A stretch of DNA of 64,000 nt, taken from positions 62,001-126,000 of the forward strand of contig NIVC01002053.1 in NCBI GenBank assembly GCA_002269645.1, given 5' to 3'. Under the pieces are notes generated by a model. The model did not search any database, was not told the origin of the DNA, and saw only the letters and a program-made list of their open reading frames with translations. This document shows, in pieces, positions 30,804 through 42,634 of this stretch (position 1 is the first letter of the stretch; each line of letters starts with the position of its first letter). The DNA is from Macrostomum lignano. Lineage: Eukaryota. The translations under genes were made by a program, and so were the position numbers.

Positions 30804-32805
30804 ATGTTTAACAAAAGATAAACAATCAAAAGAAATAAACAAAAGAAAAGGTAAACGGAAGTTTATCTGGGGATGTGAACAACAATCGGCCTTTGACCGC
30901 ATAAAACGAATACTTCAGGAACGTCTGGAACTGGCCATTTTCGATCCTAACCTGCCCACGATTTTGACAACAACCGACGCTTCAGATGTCGGTATCGGTG
31001 CAATTTTGTCACAAACACAAGCCGAAACCGAGGTTCCAATAGCATTTGCATCCCATGCACTTTCCGAGCGGGAACAAAACTACGCTGTGGACGAGCGCGA
31101 AGCACTTGCCTCTGTCTGGGCATGTGAACACTTGGCAAAATACGAGCTTTTTGCTGGGACGACATTTCATTTTACAAACTGATCATTCTGCACTAACGAG
31201 CCTCCTACGACATCACAGTAACAAGAAGAAGTAAAAAAAATTCACACGTCGGTAGGTTCGGCTGTCCGAATTCGACTACGACATAGTCTACAAGCCCGGA
31301 AGCACCAACTAAGTGGCTGATGCCCTATCCAGACTACCAGTCGTCGATGGACTGGACAGTAAGGATAACGAAGACGATACTACTATCCGCAGCATTCTGC
31401 TTGCAAACGATATTGACACCCCTTCTACAAGAAACCTGCAGAAGCTAACGAGCACATACATGTATACCATAATCCAGGAGGTTATGAAGGCCGTCCAAAG
31501 CTCCCAAACAATTGATAAAAAGAAGACAGAGCTCAAGGCCTTTGCACAGATACAAGACGAACTGACGATAGAAAACGGAATCCTGATCCGTGGTGAACAA
31601 ATCGTGCCGCCCAGCAGCCTAGTCAAGACAATCCTGAAGCGTGCCCATGAAGGACACCCGGGAATCGTACGAATGAAACGACTTCTGCGATCGGCATACT
31701 GGTGGCCAGGTATGGATAGCGCCATAACGAACTATGTCAAGTTCTGTCTACCATGCCAGGACAGTGCTAAGTCGCACAAAATTATCGTGCCAAACGGTGG
31801 ACCGGTTGAAAAGCCTGACCGACCCTGGTCAAAGCTCGCGATTGACATCACCGGGCCGTTTGCAATCGCTCCACAAAATCAACGATTCATTGTCGCGCTC
31901 ATTGATTACTACTCGTCATATCCCGAGATCCTTCTCACTGGAGACACGAGATCACCAAGGCTGATCCACTGGCTGACAGAGGTTTTCAATCGCTTCGGCA
32001 ATCCTGATACCTTGGTATCTGACAATGGAAGCAACTTTGTCTCCAGAGAAATGGAGGACTTTCTCGCTTCATGAGATATCCGACACGAATGTGTCCCACT
32101 GTATGAGCCAAGACGAAACGGCAAGGTGGAAGTCTTCAATCGAACGCTGAAGCATGCGGCACAAATCTTCGAGGTTGAGCGGAAGAGTTTCGAAGAGGGC
32201 ATGCAACAGAATATATTCAGCTACCGCACAACGCCGAATGAGAACGGAGACACACCTGCAAAACTGCTATTTGGCCGCGACATAAGATCAAATTTCCAGC
32301 CTCGCAGAGCAACCGAGGTCAATGAAACACAGAACGAGCTAGTGACCACATTAAAACAAGAACCGCACCAAGTATTCAAGCGACACTTCAAGGTCGGTGA
32401 TCTGGTACGTGTTCGTTTGCCACATGTGCCAAAGGGCAGGTCCCCTTTCACCTCTCCATTCAAAGTCATCAAAGTGGTTGGCAACATCACATACCGATTG
32501 GACAATGGAAAGGTTTGGACTGCGCGCAATTTGGTACCATTCAGACAACAAGCGATAGATCCAGTCGAGATACAGTCAAGTGGAGCGCGCCAACACCAAC
32601 AGCATGTCCGTCGGTCTAAAAGACAAAACAAAGGAATGCCACCTAAGCGACTGATTGAGGAAATATGAACAACCAAGTGAAGAGTGCTCTATGAAGAGGG
32701 CTCCTATACGATAACGGATTATTTCCTCTCCCTTTTGTTAGCACAAATATACGATTAGACGGAACGAACCGTCTTAGGAATACACATCAGCTATATACGC
32801 TCGTA
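30804..32805 (+). mobile_element. Degenerate Ty3/Gypsy LTR-retrotransposon pol fragment (RNase H, integrase)
   Basis: TTDASDVGIGAILSQ, FASHALSEREQNYAVDEREALA, TDHSAL, ADALSRLP, HEGHPGIVRMKRLLRSAYWWPGM..C..C, AIDITGPF, LVSDNGSNF, NGKVEVFNRTLK; frameshifts and stops. Confidence 0.93.
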
Positions 32806-33932
32806 TTCAAGGACCATTAGGAACTTTAGTAGTCCTTGACTATGTTATGTGCATGTACGAACGGTACACTGTATATAGCACGTACGCCTAGGGACTACTG
32901 ACAGAATTTAGTAGTCCCTGTGTGTACGCCTATACATATTACAGTAGATACAAAATGTACATCCATCAGCCGCTAAATAATATTCGATATATAGTCATAA
33001 ATTCGATAATCCCTAAGCTTCAAATAGTCTCGTGGTCGCAAAAAGGCTCAGACTGCAGAGACACCTGCTTCGTGGGCTGCATGCCATGCATCCAGTGTAC
33101 TGGTACTTCTCCGGTAAAGGACGGTAAAAGGGCATCCGATATAAAAATTGATATACATGTAAAATAGCAATATTTTTAACTTTTCGAGCATTTAATAAAG
33201 CGTTCTTCGAGTTTCACAACATCTGGGATGACCGGAAACGAAAGAATGCAAACGGAATTCCCATGCATTTTTTCTGCTTCCATATTCAGCAACTGAATCT
33301 GAGATGCATGAAACGCGCGGAAAACACGTCGCGAATTCTTTTTGCGGCATTCCCGCGTGCATAACTGCAGGTGTGTGGTGTACGTCACGAAAATGCAGAA
33401 CCTGCTCTGGGACTGCATCGATACTATACTGCTCAATAAGGGCAATGTTGAAGAGCAAGCAATGCACTGTTTTAATTGTGTCTAACGTGCGCAACAATTC
33501 TTCATACAGGTACATACGATATCGGGGGCTAGCTGACATGGACAGCTAAACTGTGAGTAGTCCATGCAGTTTATTAGACTATAAACTATTGCCAACTATA
33601 TGTCTGCACACAAATCCATGCATACCCTTGTGTACGAATATTTTTCCTTAGAAAATGTTTATTAAAGCCTTCAGCTTAAGGTTTCCTTTTTTCATTGAAT
33701 TTCTGGGCCAATCAGGCTCAGACCAGACCAGATGAAAATCCGCTTAATTTATTTACATATTTATGAAAAGCATTACAAAAACAAGTGTAAAAGTAGAAAA
33801 AACCATTGTAATTATTCAGTGCTTGGATAAAAAAGAGGTGCTGTAACTGCAAAAACATTGATTGACAGGGTAGAAAAGCACCTGAGTATGTAGCTGGACA
33901 TGCAGCAGGAATACATGTAATTACAAACAGAT

Positions 33933-34430
33933 TCAATGCTCAAGTGTTAGCAGTACGCACATCTGTGGGTGCACTATCACTCGCTCATACAGGTGCAAGC
34001 CCCTGCATGAGCCAATGTACACAAAAGCCACCTGGCTGAACTCCTCAAGCCGGACGCCCTTGCTGCAGCGGTACCTATCCCCATCCAGAGACTTCGGTTC
34101 TGCGGACAGGCAGACCCGGTCCGTGAAGCAGGGAGCGCCGCCAAGGCACGGCTTGCCCTCGAAGGTGAAGTTCTTCGTCTGAGCGAACGGGCACGGAGAG
34201 TCGCCGTCGCCCACAGGCGGTTCGGTCACGCTTGCTGGGCCGCCTCGCAGCTCGGCCGGTGGGGCCAGAGAGAAAATCTGCTGGCCCGATGCCAGCTTGT
34301 CCTGCGACAGGCCGGGCACCGAGGCGCTGCACGACCTGAAGAGGTCGCCGGCTCCGAGGGGCGCTGCGAGAATGGGAGCGGGGAAAATCCAGAGGGCCAG
34401 CAGAGGGGAGATTAAGCAGAAAAACTGCAT
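33933..34430 (-). CDS. Cargo ORF/exon, copy B
   Basis: 165-aa ORF identical to copy A except I>V (GGCATC>GGCGTC). Confidence 0.55.
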   Translation of the reverse strand: MQFFCLISPLLALWIFPAPILAAPLGAGDLFRSCSASVPGLSQDKLASGQQIFSLAPPAELRGGPASVTEPPVGDGDSPCPFAQTKNFTFEGKPCLGGAPCFTDRVCLSAEPKSLDGDRYRCSKGVRLEEFSQVAFVYIGSCRGLHLYERVIVHPQMCVLLTLEH

Positions 34431-34987
34431 CCTACAGCAAACTGCTCAGCTGATACGTGCTGTCAAATATTTCACCAAATCAGATTTTATAAATCAATTT
34501 TGCTATACAATTTTCTGCCCGAATCTGCTTCAATTTATATTATCTGGCTCCGGCTCGAGCAAGATTGCCGGGGAAAAGCCATCATCGCAAATAGCTTAAA
34601 ATAGATAACAATAGCGACTATTACGTCCCGGAATTCCCTTATGCAACTGCCCGGGTTTTCTTTTGGTGGTGTTTTACGGTCCTACTGCACAGAGGCTAGA
34701 AATAGTAGTGAGAAAATCCTCCAGGGCCATTGTTGTGAAGTAAAAATAAACTGGATGGCAGTGTTGTTGGCACCTGTTAACTCCTGCCGCAGCCATTGGG
34801 ATTTTACATGCTGCTACTGATTCCAAAGAATCACCTAAATTCTCCCGTTGCCTTGGCGCTTCGGGAATCTCTAATTACGTCATTCTACTGTTGCCTTGGT
34901 GCCTCATAAATCCCTAATTAACTAATTCTCCCGTTGCCCTGGTGCCTCGAAAATCCCTAATTACTTGCTTAATTCTCCCTTTGCCAG

Positions 34988-36574
34988 TCTTTGACTTACT
35001 TTGACTTAGCTGCAGGGCTGTCCTGGGGGGACACAGCGGGAAGGCGCGAACGCCCATTCCGCTAATCCCTGAACGGCCGACGCGTCGCTATGGACGAAGG
35101 GTTGGCGCCGCCCAGGGAGGTCCCCCAGTGTCGCCAGCAGCTATGGTGCTCTCTGGAAAGGAGAGTTCAGCCCTGCGGGTTTGCACGCTTCAGTAATAGA
35201 TGTGTGTGGCCCGAGGTAAGTGAGTCTGGCTCGCGTAAAGGCGGGACAGATGCTGACGAAATTCTCAACGGTTTCGTCACCTGAGTTACAGAAACTGCAG
35301 ATGGCGTTGGTGGCGTTGCCCTGCAGGTACTGGTGCCTAGAAGCAGCCGTGACCTGAGAGGGTCATGGTGGCAGCCCGGATGTCTCTGCGCGAGAGGCGC
35401 AAGAGGAGCTTCCGGGGCTGGTGAGAGGGCTGAGGGACAGCGCTTCTGGATTGTCTGCAGGTAGTGCAGTTCACCAAAGTCGAGCGGTGCTGGGTCCTGA
35501 TCCACGCTTTGATGCGCGAGTCGATGACACAGCCAGAAATCGGGACAAGGGGTTCGGGACCGAGAGAGGAGCCGGAGGCGCCAACTTTTGCAAGGGCGTC
35601 AGCCAACTCATTTCCTCGGATCCCCACATGCCTCGGAACCCACTTAAGGGTGATTTTGTTGGTGGAGCCCAACATGTTGAGGAGTTTGATACAGTCGAGG
35701 ACTGTAGCAGAATTGGTACTACAGCCACTGATGGTGTGCAAGGCAGCTTGGCTGTCCGAATGGAAAATGATGTTCTTACCGGTTACGCCAGTGGCGAGAA
35801 GCTTTGCAGTGCAGGAGCTGATGGCCAGAACTTCATTTTGGAAGACACTGGAGTTGACCCCAGTGTACTGAGCGTGGGTTGCGATGACCCTCTCGTTCAG
35901 GAAGATTCCAACATCAAAACCGGTGTTGGCTGACTGCTTAGAACCGTCGGTGTAGCAATGAAGCTCACCAGGGTTCCAGTGGTCATTGATGGTATCGCGC
36001 GAGTCGATAGCTACGGAGTAGCGTTGTCTCAGGTTGAGCGTTGAGGCAATGCCATCGGTGAAGACGCGATTGGCCTGACACTCGTTGAGAAAGTTGAGGC
36101 ACAGGTCGCTATGCGGGACGAGGTTCCGCTTAGCAGGTGCCCTCATGTAAAGGAATTTGACACCAGCATCAAGTAAACGCCGCGTCGTTCTAGCCGCCTC
36201 ACCCCTGACGAAGAGGTCGAGAGGCGGTAGATTAAGGAAGGCCCCCCATGCCGGCAAAGGGCGTGGACCTGGTGGCGTTGCAGATAAGCCTACACGCTCT
36301 GCCCTGGATCGTGTTGAGCAAATCTGCATGGCTTTTGACCTGGGTAGCGCTAACTCAGACAACCGAGGCCTACGTAATGGCAGGTCTAACTACGGAAGTG
36401 TAGGTCCACCAAAGCCGCTTTGGGGAAAGACCCCAAGAAGTGCCAAGTACTCGTCGGAGCTGGGCCAGGATGGCTGAGGCACGCTTGGCTTTTGCTTTCA
36501 CGTGAAAGGACCAGTTGAGCCGGTGGTCAAGTATGACCCCGAGACATCTGGCCTGGTGCGCGAAAGCAATATCT
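34988..36574 (-). mobile_element. 5'-truncated LOA-clade non-LTR retrotransposon (RNase H region, 3' UTR, AAGTC/TAAG tail)
   Basis: CYTDGSK, SVFQNEVLAI, FHSDSQAAL, WVPRHVGIRGNELADALAKVG; tail reads ...CTGCAGCTAAGTCAAAGTAAGTCAAA on the minus strand; short or imperfect TSD (CAG[AG]TCT). Confidence 0.88.
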
Positions 36575-36808
36575 CAGAGTCTTCTGGCAAGTTCACCAGT
36601 TTACCAAGTTCACTAAGCAAAGTCTGCAAACATCTGCTGTTTGTGTCTGATTTTAAGTACATCGCGTCCTTCTACTTCACCTGTTGAATTGACTGTAGTT
36701 GAGAAAATTCAGAATAGCAATTTTTAGTCAACTAAACATTTCCTATTGCTCCAGCTATGAAATCCATTAGCTAAGAAGGAAGCGCGGTCGGAAGGACCAC
36801 CCCCCTTG

Positions 36809-36890
36809 AGGGCTAGCCGAATGGGCGACCCTCGCCTCCCTGCTGTGTCTACGGACCCACCCTGCAGCTAAGTCAAGTAAGTAAGTCAAG
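36809..36890 (+). mobile_element. LOA LINE extreme 3' end (starts AGGGCTAGCCG, ends in AAGTC/TAAG tail)
   Basis: Homologous to 40637-40716. Confidence 0.8.
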
Positions 36891-37551
36891 GGGTTTCCGC
36901 TACAGACAGAGGCCCCAGCTGCAGAATGAGGCGCCAGCTGCAGAGAGAGGCGCCAGGAAATCCCTATTAGGTAATTAGGGATTTTCGAGGCGACAAGGCA
37001 ACGGGAGAATTATGTAATTAGGAATTTTCGAAGCGCCAAGGCGTGGGGAGAATTATGTAATTAGGGATTTTCAAGGCGCCAAGGCAACGCGAGAATTAGG
37101 CAGGTAATTAGGAAACTTCGAGGTACAGAGGCAACGGGAGAATTTAGGTGATTCTTGGGAATCAGTAGCAGCATGTAAAATCCCAATGGCTGCGGCAGGA
37201 GTTAACAGGTGCCAACAACACTGCCATCCAGTTTATTTTTACTTCACAACAATGGCCCTGGAGGATTTTCTCACTACTATTTCTAGCCTCTGTGCAGTAG
37301 GACCGTAAAACACCACCAAAAGAAAACCCGGGCAGTTGCATAAGGGAATTCCGGGACGTAATAGTCGCTATTGTTATCTATTTTAAGCTATTTGCGATGA
37401 TGGCTTTTCCCCGGCAATCTTGCTCGAGCCGGAGCCAGATAATATAAATTGAAGCAGATTCGGGCAGAAAATTGTATAGCAAAATTGATTTATAAAATCT
37501 GATTTGGTGAAATATTTGACAGCACGTATCAGCTGAGCAGTTTGCTGTAGG

Positions 37552-38049
37552 ATGCAGTTTTTCTGCTTAATCTCCCCTCTGCTGGCCCTCTGGATTTTCC
37601 CCGCTCCCATTCTCGCAGCGCCCCTCGGAGCCGGCGACCTCTTCAGGTCGTGCAGCGCCTCGGTGCCCGGCCTGTCGCAGGACAAGCTGGCATCGGGCCA
37701 GCAGATTTTCTCTCTGGCCCCACCGGCCGAGCTGCGAGGCGGCCCAGCAAGCGTGACCGAACCGCCTGTGGGCGACGGCGACTCTCCGTGCCCGTTCGCT
37801 CAGACGAAGAACTTCACCTTCGAGGGCAAGCCGTGCCTTGGCGGCGCTCCCTGCTTCACGGACCGGGTCTGCCTGTCCGCAGAACCGAAGTCTCTGGATG
37901 GGGATAGGTACCGCTGCAGCAAGGGCGTCCGGCTTGAGGAGTTCAGCCAGGTGGCTTTTGTGTACATTGGCTCATGCAGGGGCTTGCACCTGTATGAGCG
38001 AGTGATAGTGCACCCACAGATGTGCGTACTGCTAACACTTGAGCATTGA
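37552..38049 (+). CDS. Cargo ORF/exon, copy C
   Basis: 165-aa ORF, same protein sequence as copy B. Confidence 0.55.
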   Translation: MQFFCLISPLLALWIFPAPILAAPLGAGDLFRSCSASVPGLSQDKLASGQQIFSLAPPAELRGGPASVTEPPVGDGDSPCPFAQTKNFTFEGKPCLGGAPCFTDRVCLSAEPKSLDGDRYRCSKGVRLEEFSQVAFVYIGSCRGLHLYERVIVHPQMCVLLTLEH

Positions 38050-38505
38050 ATCTGTTTGTAATTACATGTATTCCTGCTGCATGTCCAGCTACATACTCAG
38101 GTGCTTTTCTACCCTGTCAATCAATGTTTTTGCAGTTACAGCACCTCTTTTTTATCCAAGCACTGAATAATTACAATGGTTTTTTCTACTTTTACACTTG
38201 TTTTTGTAATGCTTTTCATAAATATGTAAATAAATTAAACGGATTTTCATCTGGTCTGGTCTGAGCCTGATTGGCCCAGAAATTCAATGAAAAAGATGAA
38301 ACTTTAAGCTGAAGGCTTTAATAAACATTTTCTAAGGAAAAATCTTCATACACAAGGGTATGCATGGATGTGTTCAGACATAATAGTTGGTTGGCAATAG
38401 CCCCGTTTATAGTCTAATAAACTACATGGACTACTACTGTTTAGCTGTCCATGTCAGCTAGCCCAGTATATCGCATATGCATGGTGAATCGTTGCGCACG
38501 TTAGA

Positions 38506-40716
38506 GAGACTGGTGCTCTGGCGCCTACTCTCTGTGGAACTGAAGAACAAGCCGCTCAGTGAGAACCAGCACGCCTTTCGGGCAGGCAGGTCCACGGAGA
38601 GCGCGCCACACGTTTTGGTTGACATGCTGGAGAAAGCCGTTCTTGATAATGGCTACGCTCTCGCTGTCTTCCTCGACATTGTTGGAGCCTTCGATAATGT
38701 CCTCTTTGAGGCTTTTGACAGAGCTCTACGTGCTAGAGGAACCCACTCGCACCTCACCCGGTGGATCATGTATATGATCAGCCACCGTACTGCCACCGCA
38801 CACCTGTTGGGCCACCAACGGACGGTAACCGTCTGCAAAGGCAGCCCCCAGGGCGGTGTCCTCTTTCCAGTTCTCTGGAATATGGTCATCGATGAGCTCC
38901 TCCAGGACAGCCATCTTGACCCCATCCTCAAGGTCGGTTACGCCGATGATGTCACAGCCGTGGCATCCGGACAGTCACCTGAAACCCTTAGGGACCTTCT
39001 GCAAAACTTTATTTGCTCTGCTGAACGATGGGCGGACAGGTGCGGCCTCAGGCTCTCTGAGACGCGATCATGTTCACCAGCAGGGTAAACTGGCGTATTC
39101 GCCCACAAAGCTTTACGGGGTGGAAATTCCATCCTGTAAGCAAAACAAGTGTCTCGGCGTTACGCTGGACCACCGGCTGAGCTGGTCCACCCACGTCCAG
39201 GCCAAAACCAAAAAAGCCCTCGCGATTCTTGCGCAGCTGCGCAGAGCCGTCGGCACCACCTGGGGCCTCACCCCAAAACGGCTCTGGTGGATCTACACCG
39301 CAATGCTCCGACCGGCCGTTACCTACGCCGGCCTGGTCTGGACCAGCGCCTTGCAGATTAAAACCTGCTACGAAGCCCTCAAAAAGGTGCAGGGACGCGC
39401 GTGCCGCATGATCCTGAATGCCCCGCTCTCTGCTCCCTTTGACGGCCTCAACGCCTTTCTTTGCCTCCCGCCTCTGGACATCTTTGTCCGTCGCGAGGCT
39501 GCTAAAACCACCCGCCGGCTCATCGAGGCTGGCGTTAGCTTCAAGCCACAAAGAGCGATGGCGAAGCGCAAGCTCCTGCCGCACTCTGACCTGTGCCTTA
39601 AAGTTCTGGAGGAGAGTGGGAGTGCGGCTGTCCTTTCGGACGCTGAGCCGCGCTCCCTCAGTCTCTACCAACGCTTCAAGGTCACTATCCCCTCCAGGGA
39701 GAACGCCAACGACAGCTGGGCCCCTCAGGAGGTTCACTGCTTTACTGACGGATCCTCCAAAGACGGTTTATCCTTACCAACGGCCGCGTGATTGCTACTC
39801 ACGCCCAACACACTGGCAGACTCTCCAGCGTCTTCCAGAATGAAGTCCTTGCCATCAGCTCCTGTGCAGCTGAGCTCCACTGCAGGGACTTCAAGGACAG
39901 AAGAATCTTCTTCCACTCTGACAGCCAGGCCGCTTTACAGGCCCTGTGTCACATCACTACGAATTCCCGAACAGTCCGCGACTGTATCGGACAGCTTAAC
40001 AAGCTGGCTCGGAGGAACACCGTCCGGCTCACGTGGATCCCAGGACACGCCGGCTTTAAAGGTAACGAGCTCGCCGACTCCCTCGCTAAGGCGGGCTCTT
40101 CCGGCTCGCCCCTTGGCCCCGTGCCCCTGGCCCCCATCCCCGCCACAGTCATTAATCGTCAGATTAACGACTGGGCGGATATCCTGCACTTGCGCAGATG
40201 GGATGGTATCTCCAACTGCCGCCAATCTCGTGCGGCAGTGCCCAATCCATCCCTCAAGCTGCGGAGAATCCTTTTGAACCAAAATCGAAAAGATATCCGC
40301 GCTCTCACTATGACCTTCACAGGTCACGATTGCCTTGCCAGGCACTGTTTCCTCCGAAGTGCCCGCCGGAGCGAACTCTGCCCTTTCTGCAACCCCGAGA
40401 ACGAAGACGCCAAGCACTTCGTCTGCTACTGCTCGGCCTTCAACCGAGACCGGCTCAACTACCTCGGGCCCAACCCGTCCCTGGTCGACGTTTGCTGGCC
40501 TGAGAACATCCCACGGCTCATCCGGTTCCTCCGGGCCACCAAGCGAGCCTCCGTCTTCTCTACCGAAGACAACGCTGCAGACAGGACCGGCAGACCTCCC
40601 TGACCGGCCCCGCGCCCTAGCCTATGCGGGTCTTTCAGGGATTAGCGGAATGGGCGACGCTCGCCTCCCCGCTGCGTCTTCGGACCGCCTGCAGCTAAGT
40701 CAAGTCAAGTAAGTCA
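38506..40716 (+). mobile_element. 5'-truncated LOA-clade non-LTR retrotransposon (RT, RNase H, C-terminal Cys motif), frameshifted
   Basis: FLDIVGAFD, KGSPQGGVLFPVLWN, GYADD, CLGVTLDHRLSW, CFTDGS, FFHSDSQAAL, WIPGHAGFKGNELAD, CPFC; 80-bp flanking duplication; clade call from motif similarity to Lian-Aa1-type elements as remembered. Confidence 0.92.
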
Positions 40717-41679
40717 ATGGACTACTACTGTTTAGCTGTTCATGTCAGCTAGCCCAGTATATCGCATATGCATGGTGAATCGTTGCGCACGTTAGACACA
40801 ATTAAAACAGTGCATTGCTTGCTCTTCAACATTGCCCTTATTGAGCAGTATAGTATCGATGCAGTCCCAGAGCAGGTTCTGCATTTACGTGACGTACACC
40901 ACACACCTGCAGTTATGCACGCGGGAATGCCGCAAAAAGAATTCGCGACGTGTTTTCCGCGCGTTTCGTGCATCTCAGATTCAGTTGCTGAATATGGAAG
41001 CAGAAAAAAATGCATGGGAATTCCGTTTGCATTCTTTCGTTTCCGGTCATCCCAGATGTTGTGAAACTCGAAGAACGCTTTATTAAATGCTCGAAATGAG
41101 GCCAGGTGAAAAGTTCAAAATGTTGCTATTTTACATGTATATCAATTTTTATATCGGATGCCCTTTTACCGTCCTTTACCGGAGAAGTACCAGTACACGG
41201 GATGCATGGCATGCAGCCCACGAAGCAGGTGTCTCTGCAGTCTGAGCCTTTTTGCGACCACGAGACTATTCGAAGCTTAGGGATTATCGAATTTATAAGT
41301 GGCTGATGGATGTACATTTTGTATCTACAGTAATATGTATAGGCGTACACACAGGGACTACTAAATTCTATCAGTAGTCCCTGGGCGTGCATGCTGTATA
41401 CAGTACTCGTATGTACATGTAGATAATATTGCCAAGGACAACTAAAGTTTCTAACTACCCCTAAATATGTATAGCATACATGCAGTAGATAGTAGGGACA
41501 TTATAAATAATTGCATCACTGTATACCAGGTAAAGGTAGCGAAGAAATATAAAACTTATAATGAATGAAGTTTCTTGCAGTTTTGACAACGAGAAAACGA
41601 AACGTACATCATTTATAGACGTATGTATAGTACAGTTTAGTAGGCGAGTGTAGATGTCAAGGGAGTGCTCTCCCTCAAA

Positions 41680-42610
41680 GTACATGATGTAAATGACCCG
41701 CACTACTGAGAGCATAGTGATGTAGCCATGAAAGTCTAACGACCCATGAGCCATGAGCCATGGCAGGAGCCATGTGTAGGAGTTAAAAATCTAGTGCTAA
41801 GCGACATGTGTTTGTGTTTAGCAAAGCCTTGTCTTCTTCTAGATTTCAGCAGGTTCAGGTTCAGATTCAGATGTCGGTATCAGGCTGTAAAACGGATAAA
41901 ATGCCTAATTGGCATTAAGAATAAAGGTGAAAGCAAGGACCATTGCTGTAGAGTGGTCTACAACAGTGGTCCTTGGTGAAAGGCCTGTGTAAACATACAG
42001 GCACTGTCGATTTTCACTTTCAATTGGGGCCAACACCGACATGCGTGACGATGAGAACTTAACGTTTAGCTTGTTATACAGTTATTGTTATTTAAATAGC
42101 CGAGATAAATAATAATTAACTTAATAGTAGATTATTCCGGCTTTCCAAAGGATATGAGAAAAACACATTTTATTTAATGTACTCCACGCGAAAGCAAATT
42201 TCAGACGAATTAAAATTATTGTTTCGCAGAAAACTACAGATCTAATTATTTAATAAAAAATGAATATCCGGATGTAGCTAAGCTAAGGTTGCTATGCTAA
42301 GGTGCAAGGTGTAACTAAGTTTTGAGAATTAAGGTCAACAGTTAGCAGTAGACTATATTACTTAGACTACTCACGGCGGGTTCTAGTAAATCTCTTTGTA
42401 AATTGGTCAATCGATAATATCAATATGTAAGATCGAGGTCAAAGATGATGAATATAGCATTGGGCCTCCAACTTCAATTGATAAGAAAAGCTTTTTATAG
42501 GAAAACTAAAGCCGTTTGTATTCCAATGTTCAATTTCTCAATAAAGACTGCATTACTTTAGCATTTTTTCCAATAGCCATAAGCCATAGGCTAGCTAGCA
42601 ATACCTACAG
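41680..42610 (+). repeat. Dispersed ~0.95-kb repeat R, copy 1
   Basis: Diverged direct repeat of 44755-45720 (shared GAAAGTCTAACGACCC, CAACACCGACATGCGTGACGATGAGAACTTAA, CACGGCGGGTTC). Confidence 0.75.
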
Positions 42611-42634
42611 TGTATATTTAGTACTGTATATTAA

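Larger units (their letters stand above)
32806..36808 (-). mobile_element. Element copy B (right arm), interrupted by LOA LINE at 34988-36574
   Basis: Reverse complement of ~28467-30803 plus ~65 bp of terminal sequence absent from A. Confidence 0.8.
36960..41466 (+). mobile_element. Element copy C, interrupted by LOA LINE at 38506-40716
   Basis: Colinear with A from the subrepeats to the terminal hairpins. Confidence 0.8.

Noticed and set aside
30804-32805. Element copies A and B as the LTRs of the central Gypsy
   Set aside because: They are inverted rather than direct, lack TG..CA, PBS and PPT context, and the pol fragment is truncated
40595-40716. HDV-like ribozyme suggested by GCGGAATGGG resembling the HDV 3' end
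   Set aside because: Could not build the nested P1/P1.1/P2/P3 pseudoknot; simple hairpins explain the conservation, and retroelement HDV ribozymes are normally at the 5' end
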